A stretch of DNA of 47,324 nt from Candidatus Ryanbacteria bacterium (GCA_009691385.1 SICQ01000002.1:1-47324); one strand, 5' to 3'; counted from the stretch's first letter, positions 9,927 through 20,471 are shown. The notes: generated from the letters alone by a model not told the origin. Program-made: numbers and translations.

Positions 9927-10534
9927 TGAAATGTTGTCTTAAAAATTTCTTGCAGGCGCTCGCGCGATACAGGCCCCATGCGCAAAATCTTTGGTGGCAT
10001 GATGGTAAAATCAACCACAGTCGATGCCATACTATCGGGGATATCGCCTCCGTCAACCATCAGCATATCTGAATCCGTCGCATCTTGAAAGTCTCGCGCG
10101 ACTGCCGCGACATGGGTTTGAGCAAGCTGGCCCGACTTGTTTGCTGATGTCATCCACAACGGCTTACCATACGCATCAATGACAGCGCGTACAAATACAT
10201 GATTGGGCACGCGCATGCCTTCCTTACCCTCACCTGATATTTTTTGAAAAACTCCGGTGAACGGCCCTGGCCATACTTCCATAAGGCCTGCTTTTATTTT
10301 TGGCAAAATAATTGCGTACTCTGCAGCCATTGCAAGACTTCCTGCCAAAAGAGCAATGGGCTTTTGCTCATCACGCCCTTTCAGAGCAATGATACGCTCG
10401 AGTGCTGTGGGTTTATCGTATGCGCAACCAATACCGTACACCGTATCGGTTGGCATGATGACTACGCCACCCTCGCGCAGAATGGCAACAGTTTTTTCTA
10501 CTGCATCTGCGTCGTCAATAAGAATCTTTTTCAT
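9923..10534 (-). CDS. tsaC: L-threonylcarbamoyladenylate synthase (YrdC/TsaC)
   Basis: PTDTVYGIG, KGRD, WPGPFT, TSANKSG, STVVD. Start moved to ATG 10534, which overlaps the upstream stop (ATGA). Confidence 0.9.
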   Translation of the reverse strand: MKKILIDDADAVEKTVAILREGGVVIMPTDTVYGIGCAYDKPTALERIIALKGRDEQKPIALLAGSLAMAAEYAIILPKIKAGLMEVWPGPFTGVFQKISGEGKEGMRVPNHVFVRAVIDAYGKPLWMTSANKSGQLAQTHVAAVARDFQDATDSDMLMVDGGDIPDSMASTVVDFTIMPPKILRMGPVSRERLQEIFKTTFQ

Positions 10535-10809
10535 CGCCTGCGCCACCAATAGCGTTTTTCTATATAGATAATCTTCCACCACACAACGCCGAGCATATAG
10601 CCACCGGCGATACCAATAAACACAAGGACGATGGAAAGTGCATGATGAATCTGCCAAAGTTGATCCCACGAAAAACCAAAATTCCAGCGATCAAAATCGG
10701 CAAGCAACAGATTGATATACCACATCTCGATGAGTGCGTGCGCAATCAATTGCAATAAAAATCCGAGAATGGTAGCGGCAAAAAGATATACCGTACGCTT
10801 TATCTGCAT
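10531..10809 (-). CDS. Small two-TM membrane protein
   Basis: 92 aa with two hydrophobic helices; packed between leuS and tsaC. Confidence 0.75.
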   Translation of the reverse strand: MQIKRTVYLFAATILGFLLQLIAHALIEMWYINLLLADFDRWNFGFSWDQLWQIHHALSIVLVFIGIAGGYMLGVVWWKIIYIEKRYWWRRR

Positions 10810-10813
10810 GAGC

Positions 10814-13150
10814 TTATTGTACCAAATTAATCAATTTCTTTGGTACAAAGATTGTTTTCTTAGGTTCACTACCTGCGAGTGCCATTTTAATCTTTTCCCG
10901 TGCAAGCGCTAGCGTACGCGCGTCTGCCTCGGTGATATCCGTCGCTACGCTGACGATATCACGCACTTTGCCGTTGATCTGGATAACCAGCTGGAATGTA
11001 TCATCGATGGTTTTTGCCGGATCATATTGCGGCCATGGGCCTTTGTGAATAGTCTCGCGCGATCCTCGCTGGGCAAAAATCTCTTCGGTGATAAATGGAG
11101 CAAAAGGTGCGAGCATCAACAAAAACACGGAATCAGCAAACGCATCGGGTTCGCGCTCCATCTGTGTCAATAAAACCATAAGCGCTGATATAGCTGTATT
11201 GTTTTGCAATTCTTCCATATCTCGAGTTACTTTTTTAATCGTCTTGTGAGCCAACCGCCCGGTCACTTCATTCGATATGCTCGCGTCACGCTTTTCATTT
11301 ACATAATAATCCCATGTGCGAAACAAAAAGCGCGTGATGCCCTTGATGCCGTCATCGCGGAAATCGCCCCCTTGGTCAAATGGCCCTAGAAACATGAGAT
11401 ACATGCGCAAGACATCCGCACCATATACTGCTAGATACTCGTCTGGATTGACCACATTGCCCCGTGATTTTGACATCTTGGCACCATCTTTAATAATCAA
11501 TCCATGCGCACGAAAGCGTGGCATTGGCTCACCACCAGTGTTCTTAGCAAAATCGGCAAGCTTTAAATCATGCAGTGCTATTGAGATGAACCGCACATAG
11601 AGTAAGTGAAGTACGGAATGCTCGGCACCACCAATATACGAAGCGACGGGCAACCACCTACGCGCGCGGTCTTGTGAGAATGGCTCTTTATTATTTTTTG
11701 GATCGAGATAACGCAAGTAGTACCAACTTGAATCCAAGAAAGTATCACACACATCCGTCTCGCGGCGTGCGGCGCCCCCGCACTCGGGGCAGGTGGTCTG
11801 GTAAAACTCAGGAAAGTTTGCAAGCGGCGATTTATCGGTACCGGTAGGGCGGAACTCTTTGACATCAGGTAACAGTACGGGTAAGTTTTCTTCGCGTTCT
11901 GGCATCCACTTGGTACATGAGTCACACCAAATCATGGGAATAGGCGCGCCCCAATAGCGCTGGCGTGATACCAGCCAATCACGCAGACGATAATTTGTCG
12001 TGCGCTTGCCGCCAGCTTTTTTGATAGCCTCATCAAACTCTATGAGAGGCGCGTCACTGACCGGAAGATTGAATTTTTGAGCAAACTCACGATCACGCTC
12101 ATCATGCGCAGGCACTGCCATGATCGCGCCCGTGCCATAACCGGCAAGTACATAATCAGAAACCCACACGGGTATTTCTTTATCAGTTGCTGGATTTACT
12201 GCGTTGATGCCTGAAAATATACCTGTCTTTTCTTTTTCCTCGGCGCGCCTGTCCGCGCCCGCGCGGCACCTGAGTGCATCTTTGATATATGCGCGCACAT
12301 CATCAGATGTCTGCCAACCCACATCGAGCCAACTTTGTGCTAGCTCTGGCGAGATGACGCAAAAAGTCGCGCCAAAAATAGTATCGGGCCGCGTAGTAAA
12401 TATCTTGAGTGCGTGCTTGCCATTTTCTTGCCCTCTGATGCCTGTGAGCACAAAATCAATCTCGGCCCCTTCTGATTTACCAATCCAATTGCGTTGCGCG
12501 ATTTTTATTTTTTCTGTCCAATCAATCGTATCGAGACCTGCGAGCAACTTATCTGCATAGTCAGTAATCTTAAAAAACCACTGTTCAAGCTGTTTTTTGG
12601 CAACAATCGTACGGCATCGCTCGCACTCGCCCGCAATAACCTGCTCATTGGCAAGCACTGTCAAACAGTGCGGACACCAGTTGACCTCAGCTTTTTTGCG
12701 ATATGCAAGACCCGCTTTAAAAAGTTGGATAAAAAGCCATTGCGTCCAACGGTAGTATTCGGGGTCGTATGTCTCAAGTTTTTGTTCCCACGCAAAACCG
12801 TTGCCAACAGACGCGAGCTGACGGTAAAAGTTTTTTTCAGAATCAGCAGCGTGTTGTTTTGGGTGTTTACCTATTTTGATCGCATAATTTTCGGAATGAA
12901 TCCCAAATCCATCAAGCCCTATGGGTTCGAAAACATCAAACCCTTCCATGCGCTTTTTGCGCCCACAAATATCGGCGCCCACAAACGCGTACATATTGCC
13001 CACATGCAAGCCTTCCGCAGATGGGTAGGGAAACATCATGAGGTTGTAAAATGGTTTTTTGGCATTATCCAAATTAGGCTCGTAGATACGATCTTTGAGC
13101 CACAGGGACTGCCATTTTTTCTCGAGCGCCTGCGGATTATATTTCTTCAT
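10814..13150 (-). CDS. leuS: Leucine--tRNA ligase
   Basis: MFPYPSAEGLHVGN, CP1 motifs TTRPDT and GTGAIMAVPAHDERD, KMSKS, C-terminal IQINGKVR. Likely start MKKYNP at 13150. Confidence 0.96.
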   Translation of the reverse strand: MKKYNPQALEKKWQSLWLKDRIYEPNLDNAKKPFYNLMMFPYPSAEGLHVGNMYAFVGADICGRKKRMEGFDVFEPIGLDGFGIHSENYAIKIGKHPKQHAADSEKNFYRQLASVGNGFAWEQKLETYDPEYYRWTQWLFIQLFKAGLAYRKKAEVNWCPHCLTVLANEQVIAGECERCRTIVAKKQLEQWFFKITDYADKLLAGLDTIDWTEKIKIAQRNWIGKSEGAEIDFVLTGIRGQENGKHALKIFTTRPDTIFGATFCVISPELAQSWLDVGWQTSDDVRAYIKDALRCRAGADRRAEEKEKTGIFSGINAVNPATDKEIPVWVSDYVLAGYGTGAIMAVPAHDERDREFAQKFNLPVSDAPLIEFDEAIKKAGGKRTTNYRLRDWLVSRQRYWGAPIPMIWCDSCTKWMPEREENLPVLLPDVKEFRPTGTDKSPLANFPEFYQTTCPECGGAARRETDVCDTFLDSSWYYLRYLDPKNNKEPFSQDRARRWLPVASYIGGAEHSVLHLLYVRFISIALHDLKLADFAKNTGGEPMPRFRAHGLIIKDGAKMSKSRGNVVNPDEYLAVYGADVLRMYLMFLGPFDQGGDFRDDGIKGITRFLFRTWDYYVNEKRDASISNEVTGRLAHKTIKKVTRDMEELQNNTAISALMVLLTQMEREPDAFADSVFLLMLAPFAPFITEEIFAQRGSRETIHKGPWPQYDPAKTIDDTFQLVIQINGKVRDIVSVATDITEADARTLALAREKIKMALAGSEPKKTIFVPKKLINLVQ

Positions 13151-13187
13151 TGGTTTTCTTATCGTACGCCAAAAAGTGTTTCTCTGC

Positions 13188-13221
13188 AAAGAAAAAGCGC
13201 CTCACCCGTGTGGGGAGGCGC
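13188..13221 (-). terminator. Intrinsic terminator of the plsC-like gene
   Basis: GCGCCTC/GAGGCGC stem followed on the minus strand by TTTTTCTTT. Confidence 0.6.
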
Positions 13222-13984
13222 GCGAGGCATGGCGAGCGAGCATGCGCTCGATCTGGGCACGCGTCTCGGTCATGAGTGATAGGACCGTGTCCCATTCGTG
13301 GACGATGATGGGCTTGCCAAATTCAACCGTGACATGTACGCCGGGCGTGACGCGCATGATTGAATTGGGTGGCAATACGCGGAACGCGCCTGAGATTGCC
13401 ATAGGTATGATCGGCAACTTGGTATCGAGCGCAATATGAAACGCACCCTTTTTGAAGGGGCCCATCTCGCCAGTTCGTGTACGTGTTCCCTCCACGAAGA
13501 TGACGAGACGCGCGTTGGGCCATACCTTGATGCCCGCATGAATAGCGGCAACGGCCTGCGCGTTGTTGGCACGATCGACAATGATCTGACCGCCGTGAAG
13601 CGCGGCCTTGCCGAACACGGGAAGGCGGGAAATCTCGCGCTTCACAATGAATCGCCCACCCTCAACGATGCCGACTGCAAGTGGGATATCGAACGCGCTT
13701 TCATGATTTGCGGCGACGATGTAGGCACGCGCGTCATCAAGATGTTCGCGACCAATCACCTCAACTCGCGCGCGGGTTAGGTTGATGATGGGCTGCGCCC
13801 AAAATCGGCGCGCGACCCGCCAGATATAGCGGCCTCGCACCTTATCACTCGCCCTCGACTGATAACGCGCAAGATTGCGTACGGCACCGCATCCACGCCG
13901 ATGAAACCACGAGATGTAGGTTGTCAGAAGTACCGCGCGCACGAGTATAGACAGGCGCCAGAAAAAAAGTTGGAACCCCTTCAT
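13202..13984 (-). CDS. plsC: Lysophospholipid (1-acyl-sn-glycerol-3-phosphate) acyltransferase family
   Basis: NHESAFD (HX4D), FVEGTRT, FKKGAF, LPIIP; SD AAAGGAG. Confidence 0.85.
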   Translation of the reverse strand: MKGFQLFFWRLSILVRAVLLTTYISWFHRRGCGAVRNLARYQSRASDKVRGRYIWRVARRFWAQPIINLTRARVEVIGREHLDDARAYIVAANHESAFDIPLAVGIVEGGRFIVKREISRLPVFGKAALHGGQIIVDRANNAQAVAAIHAGIKVWPNARLVIFVEGTRTRTGEMGPFKKGAFHIALDTKLPIIPMAISGAFRVLPPNSIMRVTPGVHVTVEFGKPIIVHEWDTVLSLMTETRAQIERMLARHASRASPHG

Positions 13985-14029
13985 GAGCTATCTCCTTTTG
14001 TAAAGGACTTCGCACTATTGGTAGCATGA

Positions 14030-14058
14030 TTGACGACTTACCTGCAATACCGTACAGT
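14030..14058 (+). promoter_or_regulatory. sigma70-type promoter
   Basis: TTGACG-17-TACAGT, ahead of SD AAGGAG. Confidence 0.65.
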
Positions 14059-14079
14059 ATTTGCGGAAGGAGACATGCC

Positions 14080-14370
14080 TTGAAACATCCGTGTGCCGCA
14101 TGTGACCATCTGAACGGTCCACTCGAATATTCTGACGGCCACCGCGTGTGCGCTGCCTGTAAGGAGGAATGGGAAAAAATCCGCAATGGATCCCATGAGG
14201 TACGATCTCGGCCCGTGCTCCAGCTCTATATCGATACTCAAGTGCGAGCGTTCGCACCCAGCATACCAAGAAGGAGACTTCGTTTTGTCGGCTCTCTGAC
14301 AACGCCGCAGATGCTCAAAATGGCCCGCCTGTTAACCGAGATTCGCTCGGCTGCCATGAACGCAGCATAG
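14080..14370 (+). CDS. Small hypothetical protein with two CAAC (CxxC) motifs, putative Zn ribbon
   Basis: TTG 7 nt after AGGAG; own promoter and terminator; HPCAAC...VCAAC. Confidence 0.7.
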   Translation: MKHPCAACDHLNGPLEYSDGHRVCAACKEEWEKIRNGSHEVRSRPVLQLYIDTQVRAFAPSIPRRRLRFVGSLTTPQMLKMARLLTEIRSAAMNAA

Positions 14371-14398
14371 CCCCACACCCTGGGGCTCTTTTTATTTT
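14369..14398 (+). terminator. Intrinsic terminator
   Basis: AGCCCCA-CACCC-TGGGGCT followed by CTTTTTATTTT. Confidence 0.7.
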
Positions 14399-15231
14399 AA
14401 ATGAAAAATACGAGACGCGTTGCTGACGGTCGCCTTTGCTACTTCATCAAAACTGATACCGCGGAGCTCGGCTACTTTTTTTGCGATCTCTTCTACATAT
14501 AAAGGCTCATTGCGCCGGCCTCGGTACGGTACGGGGGCTACATAAGGTGCGTCGGTCTCTACCATGATGCGATCAAGTGGCATATTTTTTACCGTTTCAT
14601 CATAATCGCGCGCAAAAGTGATAACGCCCGTAAATGAAAGTCCGAACCCCAAATCTAAAAACTTTTGCGCGTCACTCCATGTGCCCGCAAAAAAGTGAAT
14701 CGTGCCACCAACCTCACCCGCGTGCTCTTCGATAAGAATCTTGTGCAAATCATCGTACGCGTTTCTACAATGAATGATAAGGGGTTTTTGTACTTCGCGC
14801 GCAAGCTTGATATGCCCGCGCAACACTTCAAATTGTTTTTCTCGCTCCACCTGCGTGCCACCTGACCGAAAATAATCAAGCCCACACTCGCCGATAGCTA
14901 CCGTTTTTGGATGCATAGCGAGCGTTTTGTATTTTTTATAATCAAACTCTTCAGGTCGCGAACTAAATCCCGGCACGCCTGATGTCGATATTTCTTCGGC
15001 ATCGACATGAATCTCACCGCCCACATGGATAGGGTGGAGACCTATTGCCGCCCATGCAGCCTCGGGATATCGCTCGGCATACTCAATAGCACGCGCTGAA
15101 GTATCATATTGCGAACCGACTAAAATCATACCGACACCACCGGCAAGCGTGCGGCGCATCACTTCGTCGCCATCATCACGAAAAGCGTTGAAGTTTACAT
15201 GCGTATGAATATCAATCAGTTTTAGGTCCAT
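14392..15231 (-). CDS. tatD: TatD family hydrolase
   Basis: IDIHTH, GLHP, AIGECGLDY, IIHCR, ETDAPY, RNEP; follows metG. Confidence 0.95.
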   Translation of the reverse strand: MDLKLIDIHTHVNFNAFRDDGDEVMRRTLAGGVGMILVGSQYDTSARAIEYAERYPEAAWAAIGLHPIHVGGEIHVDAEEISTSGVPGFSSRPEEFDYKKYKTLAMHPKTVAIGECGLDYFRSGGTQVEREKQFEVLRGHIKLAREVQKPLIIHCRNAYDDLHKILIEEHAGEVGGTIHFFAGTWSDAQKFLDLGFGLSFTGVITFARDYDETVKNMPLDRIMVETDAPYVAPVPYRGRRNEPLYVEEIAKKVAELRGISFDEVAKATVSNASRIFHLK

Positions 15232-16795
15232 CTGCTTTTGAGGGAAAGAGTGCCTCGCTCAATGTTATATGAATCGAAGTCGGATCTTCTTTTTGCTTGA
15301 GCTCGGTACCAAATACTTTTACTATTTTTTCTGCGGTACTTGGCATAAAGGATTCCAAAAGCTTGGCAGCGCGGATAATATGCAGAGCTACATTCCACAA
15401 CACCGCTTTGGTTTTGTCTGGATCAGTTTTAACGAGACGATACGGCTCATAGTCTTGGATATATCCATCTAGTAGCGAGAAAAAACTGGAGAGTATAGTG
15501 ATCGCATCAGTGAGACGATATTCAAACATCGCGCGCGAAAACTCTTCGGCGATATCGCGCTCAAAATATGTATTGAGAGCTGAACCATCAAGCGATACGC
15601 GCGAAGAAAGCACTTCGTGTTTGAGCACGCGACGGGTAGGCACGCCCGCGAGCGCTTCTGCAGACGGCGCTTCAATATGTCCTTCAAAATATTTATTGAT
15701 CATGGCGGCCGTACGCGAGACAAGGTTGCCCATACCGTGCGCAAGATTGCCCTCGTAGACATCGCGAAATCGTTCACGGGTAAAATCACCATCTTCGCCG
15801 AGTGGAATTTCACGCAAAAGAAAATAACGAAACGCATCCTTGCCGTATTGATCAATAAATTCTGTAGGATCAATCACATTGCCAAGCGTTTTTGACATCT
15901 TCTGCCCGCCCGAACGGATCATGCCCGTCACCAAAAGCATTTTAGGTAAGGGCAAACCAGCCGAAAGCAACATGCCCGGCCAAATAGCCGCATGAAAACG
16001 CAAAATATCTTTGCCTATGATGTGCGCGTCAGCCGGCCAAAAAGTTTTGAAGTTTGTATCGTCACCCCTCCCATATCCGAGCGCACTAATATAGTTTGTC
16101 AGTGCATCAGCCCACACATACATGGTATGCTCGCGATCGCCAGGCACCGGAATGCCCCACGAAATATCTTTTGAGGGTCGAGAAAAGCTGATGTCTACAG
16201 CTCCCTCCTCCAAAAACGCCAAGATTTCTTTCTTACGACTCTCGGGCATGATCCGCATCTCGTCAGATGCGATGGCACTTTTGATACGATCTTTATATTT
16301 AGAAAGCCTAAAAAAATAATTTTCTTCCGCGATCTTTTCAGGCGTTTGATTATGGTCAGCGCATTTGCCATCAACCAAATCTTTCTCGGTCACAAACGCT
16401 TCGTGGCCCACGCAATAAAGCCCCTCGTATGTTGCTTTATACAAATCATCCGCATCTACAAGTTTTTTCCAAAACGCCTCGGCGCCGGGCCAGTGCCGCT
16501 CGCTATCCGAAGTATAGATAAAATCATCTTGCTGGGCGCCAAGAGAAGCGAGTAATTTTTTGAATTCATCGCGATGCTTTTCTACAAATTCTTTAGTGGA
16601 AACATTGGCTTTTTCTGCTGCGCGCACAATTTTTGCCCCGTGTTCATCGGTACCTGAAAGGAAAAAAGTTGCCTCGCCCCTTGCTCGATGCCAGCGCGCA
16701 AGCGTGTCTGCAACCACATCAGCATATGCGTGCCCCAAGTGAGGTGCGGCATTTACATAAAAAATAGGCGTGGTGACATAAAACTTTTTATCCAT
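15212..16795 (-). CDS. metG: Methionine--tRNA ligase (short form)
   Basis: YVTTPIFYVN, HLGH, GTDEHG, YVWADAL, GKDILRFH, KMSKT. Confidence 0.96.
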   Translation of the reverse strand: MDKKFYVTTPIFYVNAAPHLGHAYADVVADTLARWHRARGEATFFLSGTDEHGAKIVRAAEKANVSTKEFVEKHRDEFKKLLASLGAQQDDFIYTSDSERHWPGAEAFWKKLVDADDLYKATYEGLYCVGHEAFVTEKDLVDGKCADHNQTPEKIAEENYFFRLSKYKDRIKSAIASDEMRIMPESRKKEILAFLEEGAVDISFSRPSKDISWGIPVPGDREHTMYVWADALTNYISALGYGRGDDTNFKTFWPADAHIIGKDILRFHAAIWPGMLLSAGLPLPKMLLVTGMIRSGGQKMSKTLGNVIDPTEFIDQYGKDAFRYFLLREIPLGEDGDFTRERFRDVYEGNLAHGMGNLVSRTAAMINKYFEGHIEAPSAEALAGVPTRRVLKHEVLSSRVSLDGSALNTYFERDIAEEFSRAMFEYRLTDAITILSSFFSLLDGYIQDYEPYRLVKTDPDKTKAVLWNVALHIIRAAKLLESFMPSTAEKIVKVFGTELKQKEDPTSIHITLSEALFPSKADGPKTD

Positions 16796-16809
16796 ACAAT
16801 CCGTCAGAA

Positions 16810-17844
16810 TTAAATCGTCCGCTTGTGCAGGGCGACATCGTTAAAATACTCGACAAAAATCACCGCGAGAGGAATCGCAATAATAATACCCACCGCGCCA
16901 GCGACCGTACCACCAACCAAAAGCGCGATGATCGCCAAAAGTGGGTGGACGCCCACCGTCTTACGCACTACCTGCGGATAGATAAGATGATTTTCCATTT
17001 GCTGTACCAAAAAATAAATACCCGCGACAAGCAGACCTAAGAGCGGGTCTTTGATGGCGGTCACCGCAATGGCAGGGATAGCGGCCATGACAGGACCGAA
17101 ATACGGAATGATTTCAAAAATTGCTGATAACACCGCAAACAAAAACGCATGCTCGACACGCAATACCGTAAGCATAATAAATACGAGCACGCCCACCAAA
17201 AGACCGAGTAAGAGCTGACCTTGGAGCCACCTGCCTATCTTGCGTTGCGAGCGCGCCCAGAGATCAAGCGCGTACTCTTCGTATTCTTTGGGCGTGACGA
17301 TACGAAGTACATCGGCAATCCCATCTTCTTGCGCTGTCAGATAAAATGAAATGATGACGATAAAGCCAAACGAGAGAACACTAGAGAAAAAGGTAGATGA
17401 AAAGCTAAAAAAGCCGCTCACTGCCCCTTGTATATATTGATCAGCGGTGAGTGCGGAATGACGGATCGCCTCAATGACAAAATCAAACGAAAGGAATGGT
17501 ACCTTTTGCTGAAAGCCGACAAGTGCTGTCTCAATAAGCGTAGGAAGCCGCGAGAAAAATATTTGGAAATCACCCGCGAGTGGTGGTACCAAAAGATAGA
17601 AAATGCCAACTACAAAGACCATTCCTGAAAGATAGATCAGCAATGTAGCAAGTACGCGTGGGAAACGCCACCTGATAAACCATTGCACGAGGGGCTCTAC
17701 CGCTGACGCGATAACAATCGAGACCAAGATGATCATCAAGATGTCGCGAACAACCCACAGAAAAGCAATCCCGAGTACTACCAAAGCGAGGCGAACCAGA
17801 GTGCTTGTTGAAATATCAATCGATGCGCGAGGAGGACGGCTCAC
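16810..17844 (-). CDS. AI-2E family transporter (PerM/UPF0118)
   Basis: Multi-TM protein with IPYFGP, QQMENHLIYP and AIPLA motifs. Confidence 0.9.
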   Translation of the reverse strand: MSRPPRASIDISTSTLVRLALVVLGIAFLWVVRDILMIILVSIVIASAVEPLVQWFIRWRFPRVLATLLIYLSGMVFVVGIFYLLVPPLAGDFQIFFSRLPTLIETALVGFQQKVPFLSFDFVIEAIRHSALTADQYIQGAVSGFFSFSSTFFSSVLSFGFIVIISFYLTAQEDGIADVLRIVTPKEYEEYALDLWARSQRKIGRWLQGQLLLGLLVGVLVFIMLTVLRVEHAFLFAVLSAIFEIIPYFGPVMAAIPAIAVTAIKDPLLGLLVAGIYFLVQQMENHLIYPQVVRKTVGVHPLLAIIALLVGGTVAGAVGIIIAIPLAVIFVEYFNDVALHKRTI

Positions 17845-19115
17845 AGTGCTTTTTTAAGTATTTGCTCGTATGGACCTTTCTCGAGTTTGGGGCCAATCAT
17901 GGAGAGATACAATCTGTCGCGACGGAAAAGAGTTTTGGCGACCCGCGCAATATCTTCGCGCGTAACAGCATCAACTTTTTTGATAAGTTCGTCGGGCTTT
18001 TTTATTTTGCCGAGCATAATTTCTTGCGTACCTAAAAATGACGCGACTTCATCAGTTGATTCGAGTGAAATCGCAAGGTGCCCCTTGATATTGTCTTTCG
18101 CGCGTTTGAGTTCTTCTGCGGTAGCACCGCCCTTCTTGATCTTATCAAGATGGCTGACAATTCGCTCGACGACTTCAACGCTGCGCTCATGTGGCACGCC
18201 TGCATATGCGCCGAAATAACCCGTTTTGAGATACGCGTCGTGCCCTGCGCGAATAGCATACGCAAGCCCGTGCTTGCCACGAATATCAGCCCAGAGACGC
18301 GAGCTCATATAACCACCCAAAATGGTGGAGAGTACATCAGCTACTACGCGATCTTTGCTCTCGAGCGGATAACCAAGAGCACCGACCACAATATGCGACT
18401 GATCGGTATTTTTCTCAAAAAGGCGCATCCGTGGGCCCGCCTTGGGCTCTTTGAATGCTGCTGCTTTTACGGGTGTGCCAACACGCAATTTTCCAAACGC
18501 TTTCTCAATCTTGCGAAGTGTCTCTGTCTCTTTGATATTGCCTGCCACGGTCACCACAGTATTGCGCGCAACATATTGGCTCTTCCAATACTTGAGAAAA
18601 TCAGATCGTTTGATCGTGCGAATATTCTCAGCGGTACCAATCACATCCCATCCATACGCATTATCACCGTACACAAGCTCTTCGAAAAGCGACCATACAT
18701 AGCGCCGCGGATCATCCCAATACATTTTCATTTCTTCTAAAATAACGCCTCGCTCGCGGTTGATCTCTTCTTCCTTCAAAAGCGCGTTTTGCAAAATATC
18801 AGAAACAAAAAGAAGCGCTAGATCGAACTGCTTTGCATCTACTTTGATCCAATAGCCCGTCTCTTCTCTGGTGGTAAACGCGTTGTGAATAGCGCCTACC
18901 GAGTCGAGCAACCGATCAAGCTCACCGGGCTTGGGATATTTGGTAGTACCCTTGAAAAACATGTGTTCAAGAAAATGTGAAAGGCCGCTGATGTCTCTAG
19001 CCTCGTAGTTTGAGCCGGTGCCTACCAATACCAGAATAGTAATCGTCTGGGTTGATTCCATAGGGGCGACGATTGCGCGCAGACCATTTTTGAACTTCTT
19101 TTCAGTAAATTTCAT
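17841..19115 (-). CDS. M16 (pitrilysin-like) zinc peptidase
   Basis: Inverted zinc motif HFLEH, NAFT, ERGVILEE, SSRLW-IR-KHGLAY. Confidence 0.93.
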   Translation of the reverse strand: MKFTEKKFKNGLRAIVAPMESTQTITILVLVGTGSNYEARDISGLSHFLEHMFFKGTTKYPKPGELDRLLDSVGAIHNAFTTREETGYWIKVDAKQFDLALLFVSDILQNALLKEEEINRERGVILEEMKMYWDDPRRYVWSLFEELVYGDNAYGWDVIGTAENIRTIKRSDFLKYWKSQYVARNTVVTVAGNIKETETLRKIEKAFGKLRVGTPVKAAAFKEPKAGPRMRLFEKNTDQSHIVVGALGYPLESKDRVVADVLSTILGGYMSSRLWADIRGKHGLAYAIRAGHDAYLKTGYFGAYAGVPHERSVEVVERIVSHLDKIKKGGATAEELKRAKDNIKGHLAISLESTDEVASFLGTQEIMLGKIKKPDELIKKVDAVTREDIARVAKTLFRRDRLYLSMIGPKLEKGPYEQILKKAL

Positions 19116-19175
19116 AGCATCATCATATCACAAAAACCCCGAAAAGAAAGCGGGCGCATATCGGCAAAAAAATGC

Positions 19176-20471
19176 CTAGATGAGCTTTTCTCGAAACAAT
19201 GCCGCGACCTCCGAGATCGCCACACGCTCTTGTTTGGCGGTATCACGATCGCGAACAGTTACCGTGCCGTCTTCGAGTGTTTGGTAATCAATCGTCACAC
19301 ACCATGGCGTGCCAATCTCATCTTGCCTACGGTACCGCTTGCCGATGTTGCCGATATCATCCCAGCGCACCATAAACTCGCGGCTGAGCACATCAAATAC
19401 TTCTTTTGCCTTTTCGGTAATATGCTCTTTGTTGGATACGAGTGGAAAGACTGCGACAGTTATGGGTGCGAGCCGTGGATGCAGACGCAAGACTACCCGT
19501 TTGTCCCCCGCGAGCTCGTCTTCATCATACGCATCAATCATAAACGCCAGAAACGCGCGATCAACGCCAACTGACGGCTCAATGACATTGGGTACAAACC
19601 CTGCGTCAGATTTGATAAAGTCATCCCCCGTCCAGTGATATTCGGGGAAATGATTTTTGAGATCAAAATCGGTACGATTAGCCACGCCTTCGAGCTCCGA
19701 GAAACCATCTTGTGAAAGGCCAAAACGATATTCGATATCGGTCGTCGCCTTTGAATAGTGTGCAAGCTCGTCGCCTGCGTAATCACGAAAGCGTAAATTT
19801 TCTTTTTTAATGCCGAGATTTAAAAACCACTGCATGCGCATAGCGCGAATCTCGCCAAAATATTGGTCGGCATCTTTGGGATCGCAAAAATATTCGAGCT
19901 CCATCTGCTCGAACTCGCGCGAGCGAAACACAAAATTGCGTGGGGTAATCTCGTTGCGAAACGCTTTGCCGATCTGAGCGATACCAAACGCAAGCTTGGG
20001 ATGAAACGCGTCAACGACATTTTTAAAATTGATAAAAATACCCTGCGCGGTCTCAGGGCGCAAATACGCCACCGCTGATTCATCCTCAATCGCGCCCGCA
20101 TGCGTCTTGAACATCATATTGAATTGGCGTGATTCGCCGAGCGCTCCTCCACATTCAGGGCATTTGGTGTCTTCTATATGATCAGTGCGAAAACGGCGTT
20201 TGCATTTTTTGCATTCAACAAGCGGATCGGTAAAGTGATCAGTATGTCCTGACGACTGCCAAACCTTAGCGCTCGAAATAATCGCTGAATCGAGAGGGAA
20301 AATATGCGGTTTGCGCATAGACTTCCACCATTCGCGTTTGATATTTTCTTTGAGAAGAACTCCTAACGGACCATAGTCCCAAGTACCCGCAAGACCGCCG
20401 TAGATGTCGGATCCGGGAAAGACAAAACCTTTGCGTTTTGCGAGCGATACGATTGTTTCGAGTGAAGTCAT
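19176..20471 (-). CDS. glyQS: Glycine--tRNA ligase (alpha2 type)
   Basis: DYGPLG, YLRPETAQG, FRNEITPR, REFEQMELE, VIEPSVGVDR, IGKRYRRQDEIG. Confidence 0.96.
   Translation of the reverse strand: MTSLETIVSLAKRKGFVFPGSDIYGGLAGTWDYGPLGVLLKENIKREWWKSMRKPHIFPLDSAIISSAKVWQSSGHTDHFTDPLVECKKCKRRFRTDHIEDTKCPECGGALGESRQFNMMFKTHAGAIEDESAVAYLRPETAQGIFINFKNVVDAFHPKLAFGIAQIGKAFRNEITPRNFVFRSREFEQMELEYFCDPKDADQYFGEIRAMRMQWFLNLGIKKENLRFRDYAGDELAHYSKATTDIEYRFGLSQDGFSELEGVANRTDFDLKNHFPEYHWTGDDFIKSDAGFVPNVIEPSVGVDRAFLAFMIDAYDEDELAGDKRVVLRLHPRLAPITVAVFPLVSNKEHITEKAKEVFDVLSREFMVRWDDIGNIGKRYRRQDEIGTPWCVTIDYQTLEDGTVTVRDRDTAKQERVAISEVAALFREKLI

Noticed and set aside
12494..13279. 261-aa plus-strand ORF
   Set aside because: Antisense to leuS, with no recognisable motifs or start signals.
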